DNA of 64,000 nucleotides from Polyangiaceae bacterium (GTDB lineage Bacteria; Myxococcota_A; Polyangia; Polyangiales; Polyangiaceae): NCBI GenBank assembly GCA_965222375.1, contig CBDCTZ010000011.1, positions 96,001 to 160,000 of the forward strand, read 5' to 3'. Shown piece by piece: positions 50,235 to 59,276 of this stretch (position 1 is its first letter; each line of letters starts with the position of its first letter). The notes under the pieces were generated by a model. It saw only the letters and a program-made list of their open reading frames with translations, ran no database searches and was not told where the DNA came from. The position numbers and the translations under genes were made by a program.

Positions 50235-51698
50235 TCACCCCTTGATCACACCCAGCGGCACCAGCCGCGCCACCTTGCGGGATACGCCGGCGCCATCGAT
50301 GACGTCCACGACGTCGGCGACATCCTTGTAGGCTTCACTCATCTCTTCGGCCAGAGTGCGCAGGCCGCGACTCATGACCTGAATGCCCCGCTCGCGCAGC
50401 TCTCGGTCGATGCGCCGCCCCCGAGCCTGCTTCAGCGCTGCCTTGCGCGACAGCACCCGCCCCGCTCCGTGACAGGACGAACCAAAGGTCTCCTCCATGG
50501 CGTGAGCATTGCCCGCGAGGATGTAGGAGTAGCGCCCCATGTCCCCGGGGATCAACACGGGCTGCCCCACGCCCCGGTAGCGCTCCGGTACGCGCGGATC
50601 CTCCGCCGCGAAAGCGCGAGTAGCCCCTTTGCGATGCACCAGCACGCGCGTCGCCTCGCCGTCGACCAAGTGCTCCTCGAACTTCGCGATGTTGTGACAC
50701 ACGTCGTAGAGCAGATGCGCGTCCAGCTGCTCGACCGAGACGCCCAGCGCACCAGCCACCGCCTGCACTGCCAGGCCCGTCATGACCTGACGATTGGCCC
50801 AGGCAAAGTTGGCCGCCGCCTGCATGGCGCCCAGGTACTGCCGGCCAATGTCCGAACGGATCGGCGCGCAGGCCAGTTGGCGGTCCGGCAACGCGGCGTA
50901 ATCGGCGCCGTACTTTTCATAGCTGCGCGATAGCTGGTGCAAGGTCTCGTCACAAACCTGGTGCCCCAGCCCGCGCGAGCCGGAGTGAATCATCAGGGTG
51001 ACGCTGCCTTCGCGGAGTCCAAACACTTCCGCCGCTGCGGCGTCGTAGATCTCGTCGATGCGCTGCACTTCCAGGAAGTGATTGCCGCTGCCCAAAGTGC
51101 CTAGTTGATTCTGTCCACGCTCCAGAGCGCGCTCGCTGACGGCCTTGGGCTCGGCCCCGGCGAGACATCCCCCTTCCTCTGCAAAGGCCGCGTCGTCCTC
51201 CGAAGCAAAGTAGCCCTGCTCCACGGCCCAGATCGCACCCTTGGCCATGACCTTCCGCAGCTCGGGCTTACTCAACGCCTTGATCGCACCGCCTTCTCCA
51301 ACACCTGTTGGAATCGCCTTGAACAGCTTCTTCACGACGTCCTGGACGCGGGGTGCAACCGCGTCGGCTTCGAGCCCGGTCGTGATCACTCGCACGCCGC
51401 AATTGATGTCGTAGCCGACACCCCCAGGGCTGACTGCTCCCTCCGCGGCATCCACCGCAGCCACACCGCCGATCGGAAAACCATAGCCCCAATGGATGTC
51501 CGGCATCGCCAAGCTAGCGCCAACGATCCCCGGCAAGTAGGCAACGTTACGCACCTGCTCCAGAGCTTTGTCTTTGCGCACCTTCTCCAGCTGCTCTTCG
51601 GCGAGGTACACCCGCCCCGGCACCTTCATGCCGCCTTCCTTGGGGATCTCCCACGCAAAGGGCCCGCGACGCTGCAGCTTCACCGCCATCGGGGTCAT
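50235..51698 (-). CDS. rtcB: RNA-splicing/repair ligase RtcB
   Basis: MPDIHWGYGFPIG, GYDINCG, GSGNHF, HSGSRG, HN, HRKGAT, HGAGR, YKDV. Confidence 0.95.
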   Translation of the reverse strand: MTPMAVKLQRRGPFAWEIPKEGGMKVPGRVYLAEEQLEKVRKDKALEQVRNVAYLPGIVGASLAMPDIHWGYGFPIGGVAAVDAAEGAVSPGGVGYDINCGVRVITTGLEADAVAPRVQDVVKKLFKAIPTGVGEGGAIKALSKPELRKVMAKGAIWAVEQGYFASEDDAAFAEEGGCLAGAEPKAVSERALERGQNQLGTLGSGNHFLEVQRIDEIYDAAAAEVFGLREGSVTLMIHSGSRGLGHQVCDETLHQLSRSYEKYGADYAALPDRQLACAPIRSDIGRQYLGAMQAAANFAWANRQVMTGLAVQAVAGALGVSVEQLDAHLLYDVCHNIAKFEEHLVDGEATRVLVHRKGATRAFAAEDPRVPERYRGVGQPVLIPGDMGRYSYILAGNAHAMEETFGSSCHGAGRVLSRKAALKQARGRRIDRELRERGIQVMSRGLRTLAEEMSEAYKDVADVVDVIDGAGVSRKVARLVPLGVIKG

Positions 51699-51748
51699 GG
51701 TAGCGCCAAGCACCGAGCAACGGGCTCGAGATGCTCGGCTTCGACTGT

Positions 51749-51818
51749 GCTCGCCCTGGCGTTACTCACCAGCGCGCCGTACATTCGCTCGTCCTGGCGC
51801 TACTCATCAGCGCGTCGT
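51749..51818. repeat. Imperfect 32-bp direct repeat x2 upstream of rtcB
   Basis: 51749-51780 and 51787-51818, with four C/T differences. Confidence 0.7.
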
Positions 51819-51968
51819 CGATTTTTGGTTGGTTGGTTTGGGGATGGCGCGCTCGGTTCGTCATCGACAGTTCTTCGAGGTCCGGCGCGTTCCCATCACA
51901 AGCTGTCCCCAGTGTAGAGTTAGTCGATCGACTAACTCTCAAACACCCCGCGTGTTACCCTCCGCACC

Positions 51969-52334
51969 ATGGCGACTGTGACACCTATGCTGCGTGTTCC
52001 CGATATGCGTGAAGCGATTGCCTGGTACGAGGCGCTCGGTTTTCGGCTCACGTCCACGGACGCGGACATTCAAGATTGCGGCGAGATCGGATGGTGCGAG
52101 CTGTGCCTCGATGGCGCGGCACTCATGTTGAGGGTGGGCGCCCACAAAGACCAACACGAGCATGGTGACATCACGCTGTCTTTCGACGTCGACGACGTGG
52201 AGTCCCTGTTTGCGAAGGCCGCGCCCAGCAGCGAAGTCGTGTACCCGCCCCGCAAACAACCCTACGGTCGCCTCGACTTCGAAGTTCGGGATCTGAACGG
52301 CTTTCGCCTTCTTTTTGGCCGCGACCTCGAATGA
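51969..52334 (+). CDS. VOC/glyoxalase family protein
   Basis: TPMLRVPD...WY..LGF and PYG..DFEVRDLNG. Confidence 0.88.
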   Translation: MATVTPMLRVPDMREAIAWYEALGFRLTSTDADIQDCGEIGWCELCLDGAALMLRVGAHKDQHEHGDITLSFDVDDVESLFAKAAPSSEVVYPPRKQPYGRLDFEVRDLNGFRLLFGRDLE

Positions 52335-52996
52335 GCATCCCCCGTCGGAGCTTCGCGAACGGGAGTGGGTCCAAGCACGGCTTGCTCGCTGCGGTGTTGG
52401 TGGTTTCGTGCTCGCTGATCAACTGCGGCGGCGACACGGATGACGGCAAGGGCGCGGCGGGGGGCAGCGGCGGCGCGTCGAGTGGCGGCGCGTCGAGCGG
52501 CGGCGGTGGCACGACCAGTGGCGGTTCTGGCGGTGCAATCACCGGGGGCAGTGGCGGTGCGTCGACGGGCGGCAGCGGTGGCGCGGCTGCGGGTGGTAGC
52601 TCGGGTGCGGCCGGCAGCGGTGGCAGCGGTGCCGTGGGCAGTGTGAATTGCGGTGGCATTTCTTCGCCCCCGACCCAGTGCGCGCCTCAGGAGTACTGCT
52701 GCAGCGGCAAGTGCGTTCCCGATAGCGCAGCGTGCTCCGGTTACGCCTTCCAATGTGATGACGATGCTGATTGCCCGGGGCAGTTCTGTTGCGTCACCAA
52801 ACTCGGCAAGCTGGATGGCGGGCCTCAGGTTGCCCAGTGTCAAACGAGCTGTGATGTCGATAGCCAGCTCATCGTGTGCAATGCGCCTTTGAGTCCGGGG
52901 GGCTGCCCACCCGGCATGTCCTGCGAAATCACCGCGACCTTGCCGCCCAGCTACGGCTATTGTTGCCCGACTGGGCAGCCGTGTAGCGCGACCTAG
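52331..52996 (+). CDS. Cys-rich lipoprotein with Gly linker
   Basis: SLINC lipobox-like, Gly/Ser linker, CDDDADCP..CC module. Confidence 0.72.
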   Translation: MSIPRRSFANGSGSKHGLLAAVLVVSCSLINCGGDTDDGKGAAGGSGGASSGGASSGGGGTTSGGSGGAITGGSGGASTGGSGGAAAGGSSGAAGSGGSGAVGSVNCGGISSPPTQCAPQEYCCSGKCVPDSAACSGYAFQCDDDADCPGQFCCVTKLGKLDGGPQVAQCQTSCDVDSQLIVCNAPLSPGGCPPGMSCEITATLPPSYGYCCPTGQPCSAT

Positions 52997-53036
52997 TGCG
53001 CCCATCGTCCGGACTCGGACTAGTCGGAAGACAAAC

Positions 53037-54098
53037 TTGAAGAAGAAGCAAGATGTCGCGCCCGATGAAGAGCGACTCAAGACCATTCTGAATTCGATGG
53101 TGGAGTCGGTATTCGTCACGGATGCCAAGGGCAAGGTGGTGTTGACCAACGCCGCCCTCGATGCTCTCAGCGCCGAGGACGTGCTCGGGCGACGTGCGAA
53201 GCACGTGATCGACAACAAGGAGCTTCGAACGGCAATTCGCCGAGCGCGCAAGCGAGACCAAGCCGCCGAAGTCGAGATCGAGGCGAACCTGGGCGGACGG
53301 GACCGCATCATGCAAGCACAGGTTTCGCCCCTGCCCGGAGGCAAAGGCGTGGTCACCGTGCTGCACGACGTCACGCGGCTGCGAGAGGCGGACCGAATTC
53401 GCCGCGACTTCGTTGCGAACGCCAGCCACGAGCTGCGCACTCCGCTCACGGCCATCCGGGCGTTTGCTGAGACTCTTCAAGACGGCGCGCTGGGCGATCC
53501 CGAAGTTGCGCGACGTTTCGTGGACAGAATAGTGCTCCAGACACTTCGTCTGCAATCTTTGGTCGAGGACTTGACCCGGCTATCCTCCGCAGAGTCTCCA
53601 TCGCCTGACGATGACTTCGAGACGACTGACCTTCGACTGCTCGTTTCGCAGAACGTTGCGCCGCTGGAGGCGGCCGCGGTGGAGAAGTCCATTCCGCTCC
53701 AAATCGAGCTCCCCGAGGTCCCGGTAGTCGCCGACGTGAGCCCTTCGGCCATCGAGCACATCCTGAGCAACCTGGTGGAGAATGCGATCAAGTACTCGCC
53801 GCCGCGGACGCCCGTGTTCGTGTCGCTTCAGACGGAGTCAGGCTACGCCGTGATGGAAGTTCGTGACCAGGGGCGGGGTATTTCGCCCAAGTACCACGAG
53901 CGGATATTCGAACGCTTTTATCGTGTGGACAAGGGGCGCTCTCGTGACGAAGGCGGTACCGGTCTCGGCCTGTCCATCGTGAAGAACCTGGTCGAGCGCA
54001 TCCAGGGTCGTATCGAGCTGCAGAGCGCGCCAGGGGAAGGCTCGCGATTCCGCATTTTTATCCCGATAGCTTCGGCGGACGACGACAGTCCGGCGTAG
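53037..54098 (+). CDS. Cytoplasmic PAS histidine kinase (PhoR-like)
   Basis: DFVANASHELRTPLT, NLVENAIKY, FERFYRVDKGRSR..GGTGLGL; no TM. Confidence 0.88.
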   Translation: MKKKQDVAPDEERLKTILNSMVESVFVTDAKGKVVLTNAALDALSAEDVLGRRAKHVIDNKELRTAIRRARKRDQAAEVEIEANLGGRDRIMQAQVSPLPGGKGVVTVLHDVTRLREADRIRRDFVANASHELRTPLTAIRAFAETLQDGALGDPEVARRFVDRIVLQTLRLQSLVEDLTRLSSAESPSPDDDFETTDLRLLVSQNVAPLEAAAVEKSIPLQIELPEVPVVADVSPSAIEHILSNLVENAIKYSPPRTPVFVSLQTESGYAVMEVRDQGRGISPKYHERIFERFYRVDKGRSRDEGGTGLGLSIVKNLVERIQGRIELQSAPGEGSRFRIFIPIASADDDSPA

Positions 54099-54245
54099 CT
54101 TTCTGCTCGAAAGACTGCGGCGCTGAGGTCGGCCCGCCGAGTGCCACGGACCGTGACGGCGCTCCGATGTCCGATTCTATCGAATGCGAAACTCCGCAGC
54201 CGGACGTAGCTTTAGGAGCGTCCCATCCCTGCGAGAGAGACAGTC

Positions 54246-55076
54246 ATGCGTACAACAGCCTTGAATATTTCACTACTCGGTTGCGGCTTGGCCGCAGCTC
54301 TCTTGATGAGCTGCGGCGGGGGAGAATCAACGGGAAGCGGCCCTGGGGCTGGCGGTGGCGGCGCTGTCGCCTCCGGCGGCTCTGCCGGCGCAGGCACGGG
54401 CGGAGCAGGCGGGGCCAACACTGGGGGCGCAGGTGGCTCGGGGACCGGGGGGAGCGCTGGCGCGGGAGGGTCGGGCGGGGTCATTTGCGCAGCAGGATCG
54501 ATCTGCCTCGAAGTAGCGATGATTCCTGGTCAGACCGCACCCACGGCTGCGGGTCGCCTCGGTGTGGTGTGGGTGGACGGCAGCGACCTCGGGAATTCCG
54601 CCAAGTGGCAGGTTGCCTACGACACGTCCTTTGGCCCAAGCGTCACCCAGTACGCGATTCCTCTGAGCGGGATTTCCGCTCCCTCTGCAGGCTTGGCCTA
54701 TTGTGGCTCGAGTGGCTGCTCGGGGTCGGCGCCGCAAGTGTTTCTGGGCACCATCGTAGCGGTTCGCGACGCCAACAAGAACGGCGCCATCGACATCGAC
54801 AGCGAGGTCGCCATCGCGGAGAAGATCGGCATCGCTCACGCGATCGTGGTCAACTCCCCGACCGACCACGGCAGTCCACCAACGCCCCTCGACCCGCTTT
54901 TCGGAGGAGCGATCAAGAGCGGCACGCATGTGTACGCGCTCGGCACGACAAGCCCCGTCAAGCTCGTGCCGAACGACGCCTCGCAGCCAATCGTCCTCAA
55001 CGCCTGCGGTGCGACGGACACGGCCTGCGGCGCTAGCCCCGAGATCCCCAACCCCTTCGCGAACCTATCCCTCTAA
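54246..55076 (+). CDS. Hypothetical lipoprotein with Gly linker
   Basis: Lipobox LLMSC, Gly linker, DANKNGAID EF-like loop. Confidence 0.72.
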   Translation: MRTTALNISLLGCGLAAALLMSCGGGESTGSGPGAGGGGAVASGGSAGAGTGGAGGANTGGAGGSGTGGSAGAGGSGGVICAAGSICLEVAMIPGQTAPTAAGRLGVVWVDGSDLGNSAKWQVAYDTSFGPSVTQYAIPLSGISAPSAGLAYCGSSGCSGSAPQVFLGTIVAVRDANKNGAIDIDSEVAIAEKIGIAHAIVVNSPTDHGSPPTPLDPLFGGAIKSGTHVYALGTTSPVKLVPNDASQPIVLNACGATDTACGASPEIPNPFANLSL

Positions 55077-55113
55077 GTGATCGCCGCGTGACCACTCTGA
55101 CCAGGAAGACCCC

Positions 55114-56613
55114 ATGACCCCCTCGACTTCACCACTCAAAGAAACGAGCTTCGCCCGGCGCTCTCTGGCAGCCGGTTGGCTATTGGCTTTCTTCGCGCTG
55201 GCATGCAGCTCGGAGTCGCCACCAGCTTCGACCGAGCCCGCTGTCGCTGACGAGTACCTGAGCGCCTTGCCGTCCTGGACCGAGTTTTCACCCAAACTGC
55301 CTTCCCTGAGGCCAGCGCCGGCTGGTGCGACTGAAATCCTGCCACCGGAGAAGATCGACGTGCGCACGATCGGTGATGACGGCGTGGTTCAGGTCGTGCC
55401 CGACGTCGACTACCATTGCACTCAGACGCCCTATTCGGTGCAGGACACTCCCGACAAACTGGTGATGTACAGCCCGGATGTGGAGATCCTCTGGCCCGGC
55501 GCGCTTTTGCAAGGAAAGACCCATCGGGACGGCTTGGGCAGTCTGTTGGGACTGCCCATTGCCCAGCGTTCACCCGTTCGCATTTCCATTCCCGCGCTGC
55601 CTACCGGTGACAACTTCAGGGAGCTGAATAGCCCCAATCAAGCCACCGCCGCCGCCGCGATTGGCGAGATGATCGGGGCGGCCACGATTACAGCGCTTCC
55701 GACTCCAAGCGACATCACTTTCGAGATGCGTACGTCTTCCGAGGAGAAAGAGTTCGCGCTCTCCCTCGGCATTTCGGGCAACTACCTGAAGTTTTCGGGA
55801 TCGGCCAGCGGGGACTTCAGCAAGAACGCTTCGGAGACCACGGTGACAGCCCACTTCTTGCAGAAGATGTTCGAAGTCGTGGTCGAACCGCCGCAGACCC
55901 CAGGAGCTTTCTTCAGCCCGGAGTTCACTCAGGACAAGCTCGACGAACAGATTGCGCTGGGGAAGATCGGGCCCAACAACCTGCCCGTCTACGTCTCGAA
56001 CATCGTCTACGGCCGCATGATGACGTTCTCGTTCACCTCCACCGCGAGCGAACAAGAGATCCGGGGCACCTTGGAAGCCGCCTACAAGGTCGTCGTCGCC
56101 GGAGTGAGCGTCAATTTGACCGTCAAGCAGAAGAAGATCCTGAGCGAGGCCAAGATCGCGGTCACCTCCTTGGGCGGGGACGGCCAAGCGACGCTGGACC
56201 TGATTCGCTCTGGCGATTGGCGCGAGTACTTCTCGAAGGACGCACCGCTGTCCAGTGCGGCTCCGCTCTCCTACACCTTCCGCAACTTGGCTGATGGCAG
56301 CATCGCCGCGGTCACCGAGACGGCGAAGTACAACGTCAAGCAATGCAAAGCCGTTGCCGGCACCAGCTGCGCACAAATCGGCTGTGGGCCTGGCCAGACC
56401 TGTGAAAACAACCAATGCAAGTCGGAGCCCTCTGGAAGTGGCGTGGGGTGCGTACATGATGGTGTCTGCACCACGAAGGACGACTGCGTGTGCTCCGACT
56501 GCGAAACGAACAGTGTCTGCTCGAAGAACCTCTGCGACAACGACGGTGTCTGCAACGCCTTCATCGAGAGCTGCCTATGCGGCGACTGCCTGGCACACCC
56601 CGAGTGTCAATGA
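55114..56613 (+). CDS. Thiol-activated cytolysin (CDC)-like lipoprotein with a Cys-rich C-terminus
   Basis: Lipobox ALAC; WPGALLQG, YVSNIVYGR, LGG and PLSYTFRNL motifs; no ECTGLAWEWWR. Confidence 0.82.
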   Translation: MTPSTSPLKETSFARRSLAAGWLLAFFALACSSESPPASTEPAVADEYLSALPSWTEFSPKLPSLRPAPAGATEILPPEKIDVRTIGDDGVVQVVPDVDYHCTQTPYSVQDTPDKLVMYSPDVEILWPGALLQGKTHRDGLGSLLGLPIAQRSPVRISIPALPTGDNFRELNSPNQATAAAAIGEMIGAATITALPTPSDITFEMRTSSEEKEFALSLGISGNYLKFSGSASGDFSKNASETTVTAHFLQKMFEVVVEPPQTPGAFFSPEFTQDKLDEQIALGKIGPNNLPVYVSNIVYGRMMTFSFTSTASEQEIRGTLEAAYKVVVAGVSVNLTVKQKKILSEAKIAVTSLGGDGQATLDLIRSGDWREYFSKDAPLSSAAPLSYTFRNLADGSIAAVTETAKYNVKQCKAVAGTSCAQIGCGPGQTCENNQCKSEPSGSGVGCVHDGVCTTKDDCVCSDCETNSVCSKNLCDNDGVCNAFIESCLCGDCLAHPECQ

Positions 56614-56806
56614 GGCAGGTGTTGCTGGCTACGCCGCGGTGCTGCTTGGCAAGCGGCATCCGATCGTCTGAGACTTGACGGATCGCAGGTCTGCACGGGG
56701 GGAGCTGAAACCGCGCAGGCGAAACTGAAGAATCTCTTCCTCGCTACCTGAGGCTCGAGGGGATGCGTTTTGGGCAACCCCTCGTTAATTGCGCTACTCT
56801 GGGCGC

Positions 56807-57412
56807 ATGAAGACTTGGTTGCTTAGGCTTGGGGTTTTGGTGATGGGTGTCGCGTGCGGCGAGTCGTCCAGTGACGATGGCAGTGGAGGCGGTGGCGGCA
56901 GCGCCGCGGCCTCAGGCAGCGCGGGTAGTAGCGGCAGCGCCGGCAGCGGCGGAAGTGCTGGCAGCAGCGGCGGTAGTGCTGGCAGTGGTGGCGCTGCCGG
57001 TAGTAGCGGTGGAGCGGGCGGAGCCAGCGGCGGTGCGGGCGGAGCATCCGGTGGCGCGGCTGGCAGCGGTGGAGCCGGGGGCGTGGATTGCAACCCGAGC
57101 ACGGTAACTTGCAAGGTGGCCATACCGACCTGCCCCGTGGGGCAAGTGCCAACCGTCGAGAACGGTTGTTGGGGGAAGTGCGTGGGGATCCTCGAATGCG
57201 CCACCGAGAAAGATTGCTCGAACTGCACCACGGGCTTCTGCGCGAAGTACGAATCCCTCGTCACCGAGTACCGCTGCGTGATGCCCTCCTTGCAGTGCTC
57301 CGCTCTGGCCTGCTCGTGCCTGGCCCCCTACTTCTGCGTCTCTCCTTGGGACGTGTGCACCGACGCATCCACGGGTCCGGCAAAGGTCAGCTGCGCCTGC
57401 CCGGCATGCTGA
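56807..57412 (+). CDS. Cys-rich lipoprotein with Gly/Ser linker
   Basis: MKTWLLRLGVLVMGVAC, linker, Cys-rich domain. Confidence 0.75.
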   Translation: MKTWLLRLGVLVMGVACGESSSDDGSGGGGGSAAASGSAGSSGSAGSGGSAGSSGGSAGSGGAAGSSGGAGGASGGAGGASGGAAGSGGAGGVDCNPSTVTCKVAIPTCPVGQVPTVENGCWGKCVGILECATEKDCSNCTTGFCAKYESLVTEYRCVMPSLQCSALACSCLAPYFCVSPWDVCTDASTGPAKVSCACPAC

Positions 57413-57443
57413 GCTTCAGACACGGCCCGCGGCGTGTCGAAGG

Positions 57444-57914
57444 TCAACTGCGGATCTGCTCTGCCAGGTAGTTCTGCAGGCCCACCTGATCCATTAGCGT
57501 GAGCTCTGCCTCGAGCCAATCGAGGTGAGACTCTTCGTCCACGAGCATCTCTTCGAAAAGCTGACGAGTCCCGCCGTCCGCCTGTTCGATGCAGTAGTCC
57601 ACTGCTTCTCGCAGGCGCGCGATGGCGTGGCTGACCAACTCGTGATCTTTCTTGATTTGCGCCTCTACGGAGTCGATGGGCGTGACGGCTCGGGCGTCGG
57701 AAACTTTGGGCACGCCTTCCAGGAAGAAGATACGCTGCGCGATGCGTGCGGTGTGGGTCGTCTCTTCGCGTGAGTACTCTTCCTGCTTGTCGTGCAAGCG
57801 CCGGTAGCCCCAGTTGGCACACATAGCCGCGGCCAGCATGTACTGCTTGTGGCCGGTCAGCTCGATCTGTAGGTACTCGTTGAGGTAGTCGATGACCTTC
57901 GCGTCGCCCTTCAT
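57444..57914 (-). CDS. bfr: Bacterioferritin (atypical ligands)
   Basis: MKGDAKVIDYLN...RIFFLEG.P...DEESHLDWLE...GLQNYL. Confidence 0.9.
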   Translation of the reverse strand: MKGDAKVIDYLNEYLQIELTGHKQYMLAAAMCANWGYRRLHDKQEEYSREETTHTARIAQRIFFLEGVPKVSDARAVTPIDSVEAQIKKDHELVSHAIARLREAVDYCIEQADGGTRQLFEEMLVDEESHLDWLEAELTLMDQVGLQNYLAEQIRS

Positions 57915-57995
57915 GAGCACGACTTGTACTCCGGCGACAGGGCTTTCGACTTGCCCGACGTCAGGTCGCCGAGCTCGACACGTCCCGCATTTTCG

Positions 57996-59090
57996 CTATT
58001 TGCACTTGGGCGAGACGTCGGCCAGGGGTCGGCGGTCGACGCCGGAGCGATCGATGATGGCCAGGGGGCACTCCACCTCCGTGTACCGAAGGTTCGGGTT
58101 GTCCGCCACCTCGAACCAGTCCACGAACCAGTTACAGCCAGCGAGAAGATCTGCGTCTGAGAAGGTTGCGTTTTTGAAGACGGCTTGGCAGCGGTTCTTC
58201 AAGCAAGCTTTCACTTTGGCGTGGGTGTTGTTGCTGCCATCTTGTTTGCACGCGGTGAGGAATCCGCCGTACTGGGCGCCTAGCTGCTTCGGATCGGAGA
58301 TCTTCCACTGCTGGGTACAAGCATCGAAAGCACCCACGCCGCCACCGGGAATCAAGATGTCGAACTGGCCACCGGCGACGTCGTAGCCGATGTTCGTAGC
58401 TTGTACGACCATGGTCTTGCCCTTGAGTTTGGCCGAGCCCGGATCGTTGGCGTCGTAGTGCCCGGTGCCCTCGAATTCCAGCTGATAGCAACGGCCGCAG
58501 ATATCGCCGCTCGCCGGCACCGCAGCGAATCCGTAGGAAAGGGTGCCGCTCACCTGCCAGGGCCGCATGCTGAAGCAGGTGTGTGAGCTATTCGCGCCGG
58601 GCGTATCACACGCGCTCTTGGCGTTGTACTGGCCGGTTTGTGGGTTATCTGCCTGACTGCAGCTGGTCACCGGCTTCACTCCGGAAGGAACGTTGCCAGA
58701 CCAACCGCAATGCGCCTTGCAGCAATCCCAATAACGAGTGGAGTATCCTTTGCAAGCGTTCGGACCGAGGGGTCCACCTCCGCTGCCCCCGGTGCCGGCA
58801 CTGCCCCCGGTGCCCGTTCCGCCGCTGCCGCCTGTGCCAGGTGAGCCACCCGAGCTCGTGCCGGCGGTGCCGCTGCTGCCCCCGGTGTTGGCTGCGCCGC
58901 TGCCGCCCGTCGACGCGCCGCCTGTCGAGGCGTTGCCAGAGCCGCCAGTGGAGGCGTTTCCGGATCCACCGGTTGCAGAGCCAGCGTCGGTCGAGGACGC
59001 GGGGTCCGAGTCGCTTCCGCAAGCGACGATAGCCGACGCCGCGCTCACGACAGCGAGCAGGGCAATGGAACTGAGCGTTGTACGAACCAC
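57996..59090 (-). CDS. Glycoside hydrolase family 45 endoglucanase, lipoprotein
   Basis: GH45 signature STRYWDCCKAHCGW, VQATN, FDILIPGGGVG; lipobox IVAC and Gly linker. Confidence 0.9.
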   Translation of the reverse strand: MVRTTLSSIALLAVVSAASAIVACGSDSDPASSTDAGSATGGSGNASTGGSGNASTGGASTGGSGAANTGGSSGTAGTSSGGSPGTGGSGGTGTGGSAGTGGSGGGPLGPNACKGYSTRYWDCCKAHCGWSGNVPSGVKPVTSCSQADNPQTGQYNAKSACDTPGANSSHTCFSMRPWQVSGTLSYGFAAVPASGDICGRCYQLEFEGTGHYDANDPGSAKLKGKTMVVQATNIGYDVAGGQFDILIPGGGVGAFDACTQQWKISDPKQLGAQYGGFLTACKQDGSNNTHAKVKACLKNRCQAVFKNATFSDADLLAGCNWFVDWFEVADNPNLRYTEVECPLAIIDRSGVDRRPLADVSPKCK

Positions 59091-59276
59091 AGGGCCTCCA
59101 GGGGGATCTCGAGCCTGTCGACTCTAGCCTCAACCACCTCGTCAGGGTGCTCGCGGGTCGCTCCGGATTTTTCTCAATGCTTCCGCCGCGCTAGCGGCAG
59201 CGCGTGACGAGGGCTCGCGGGCATGCTGCCCCGCCCCCAAAAACCAAACCCTGGCAGATCCGCTAGAATGCGCGGC

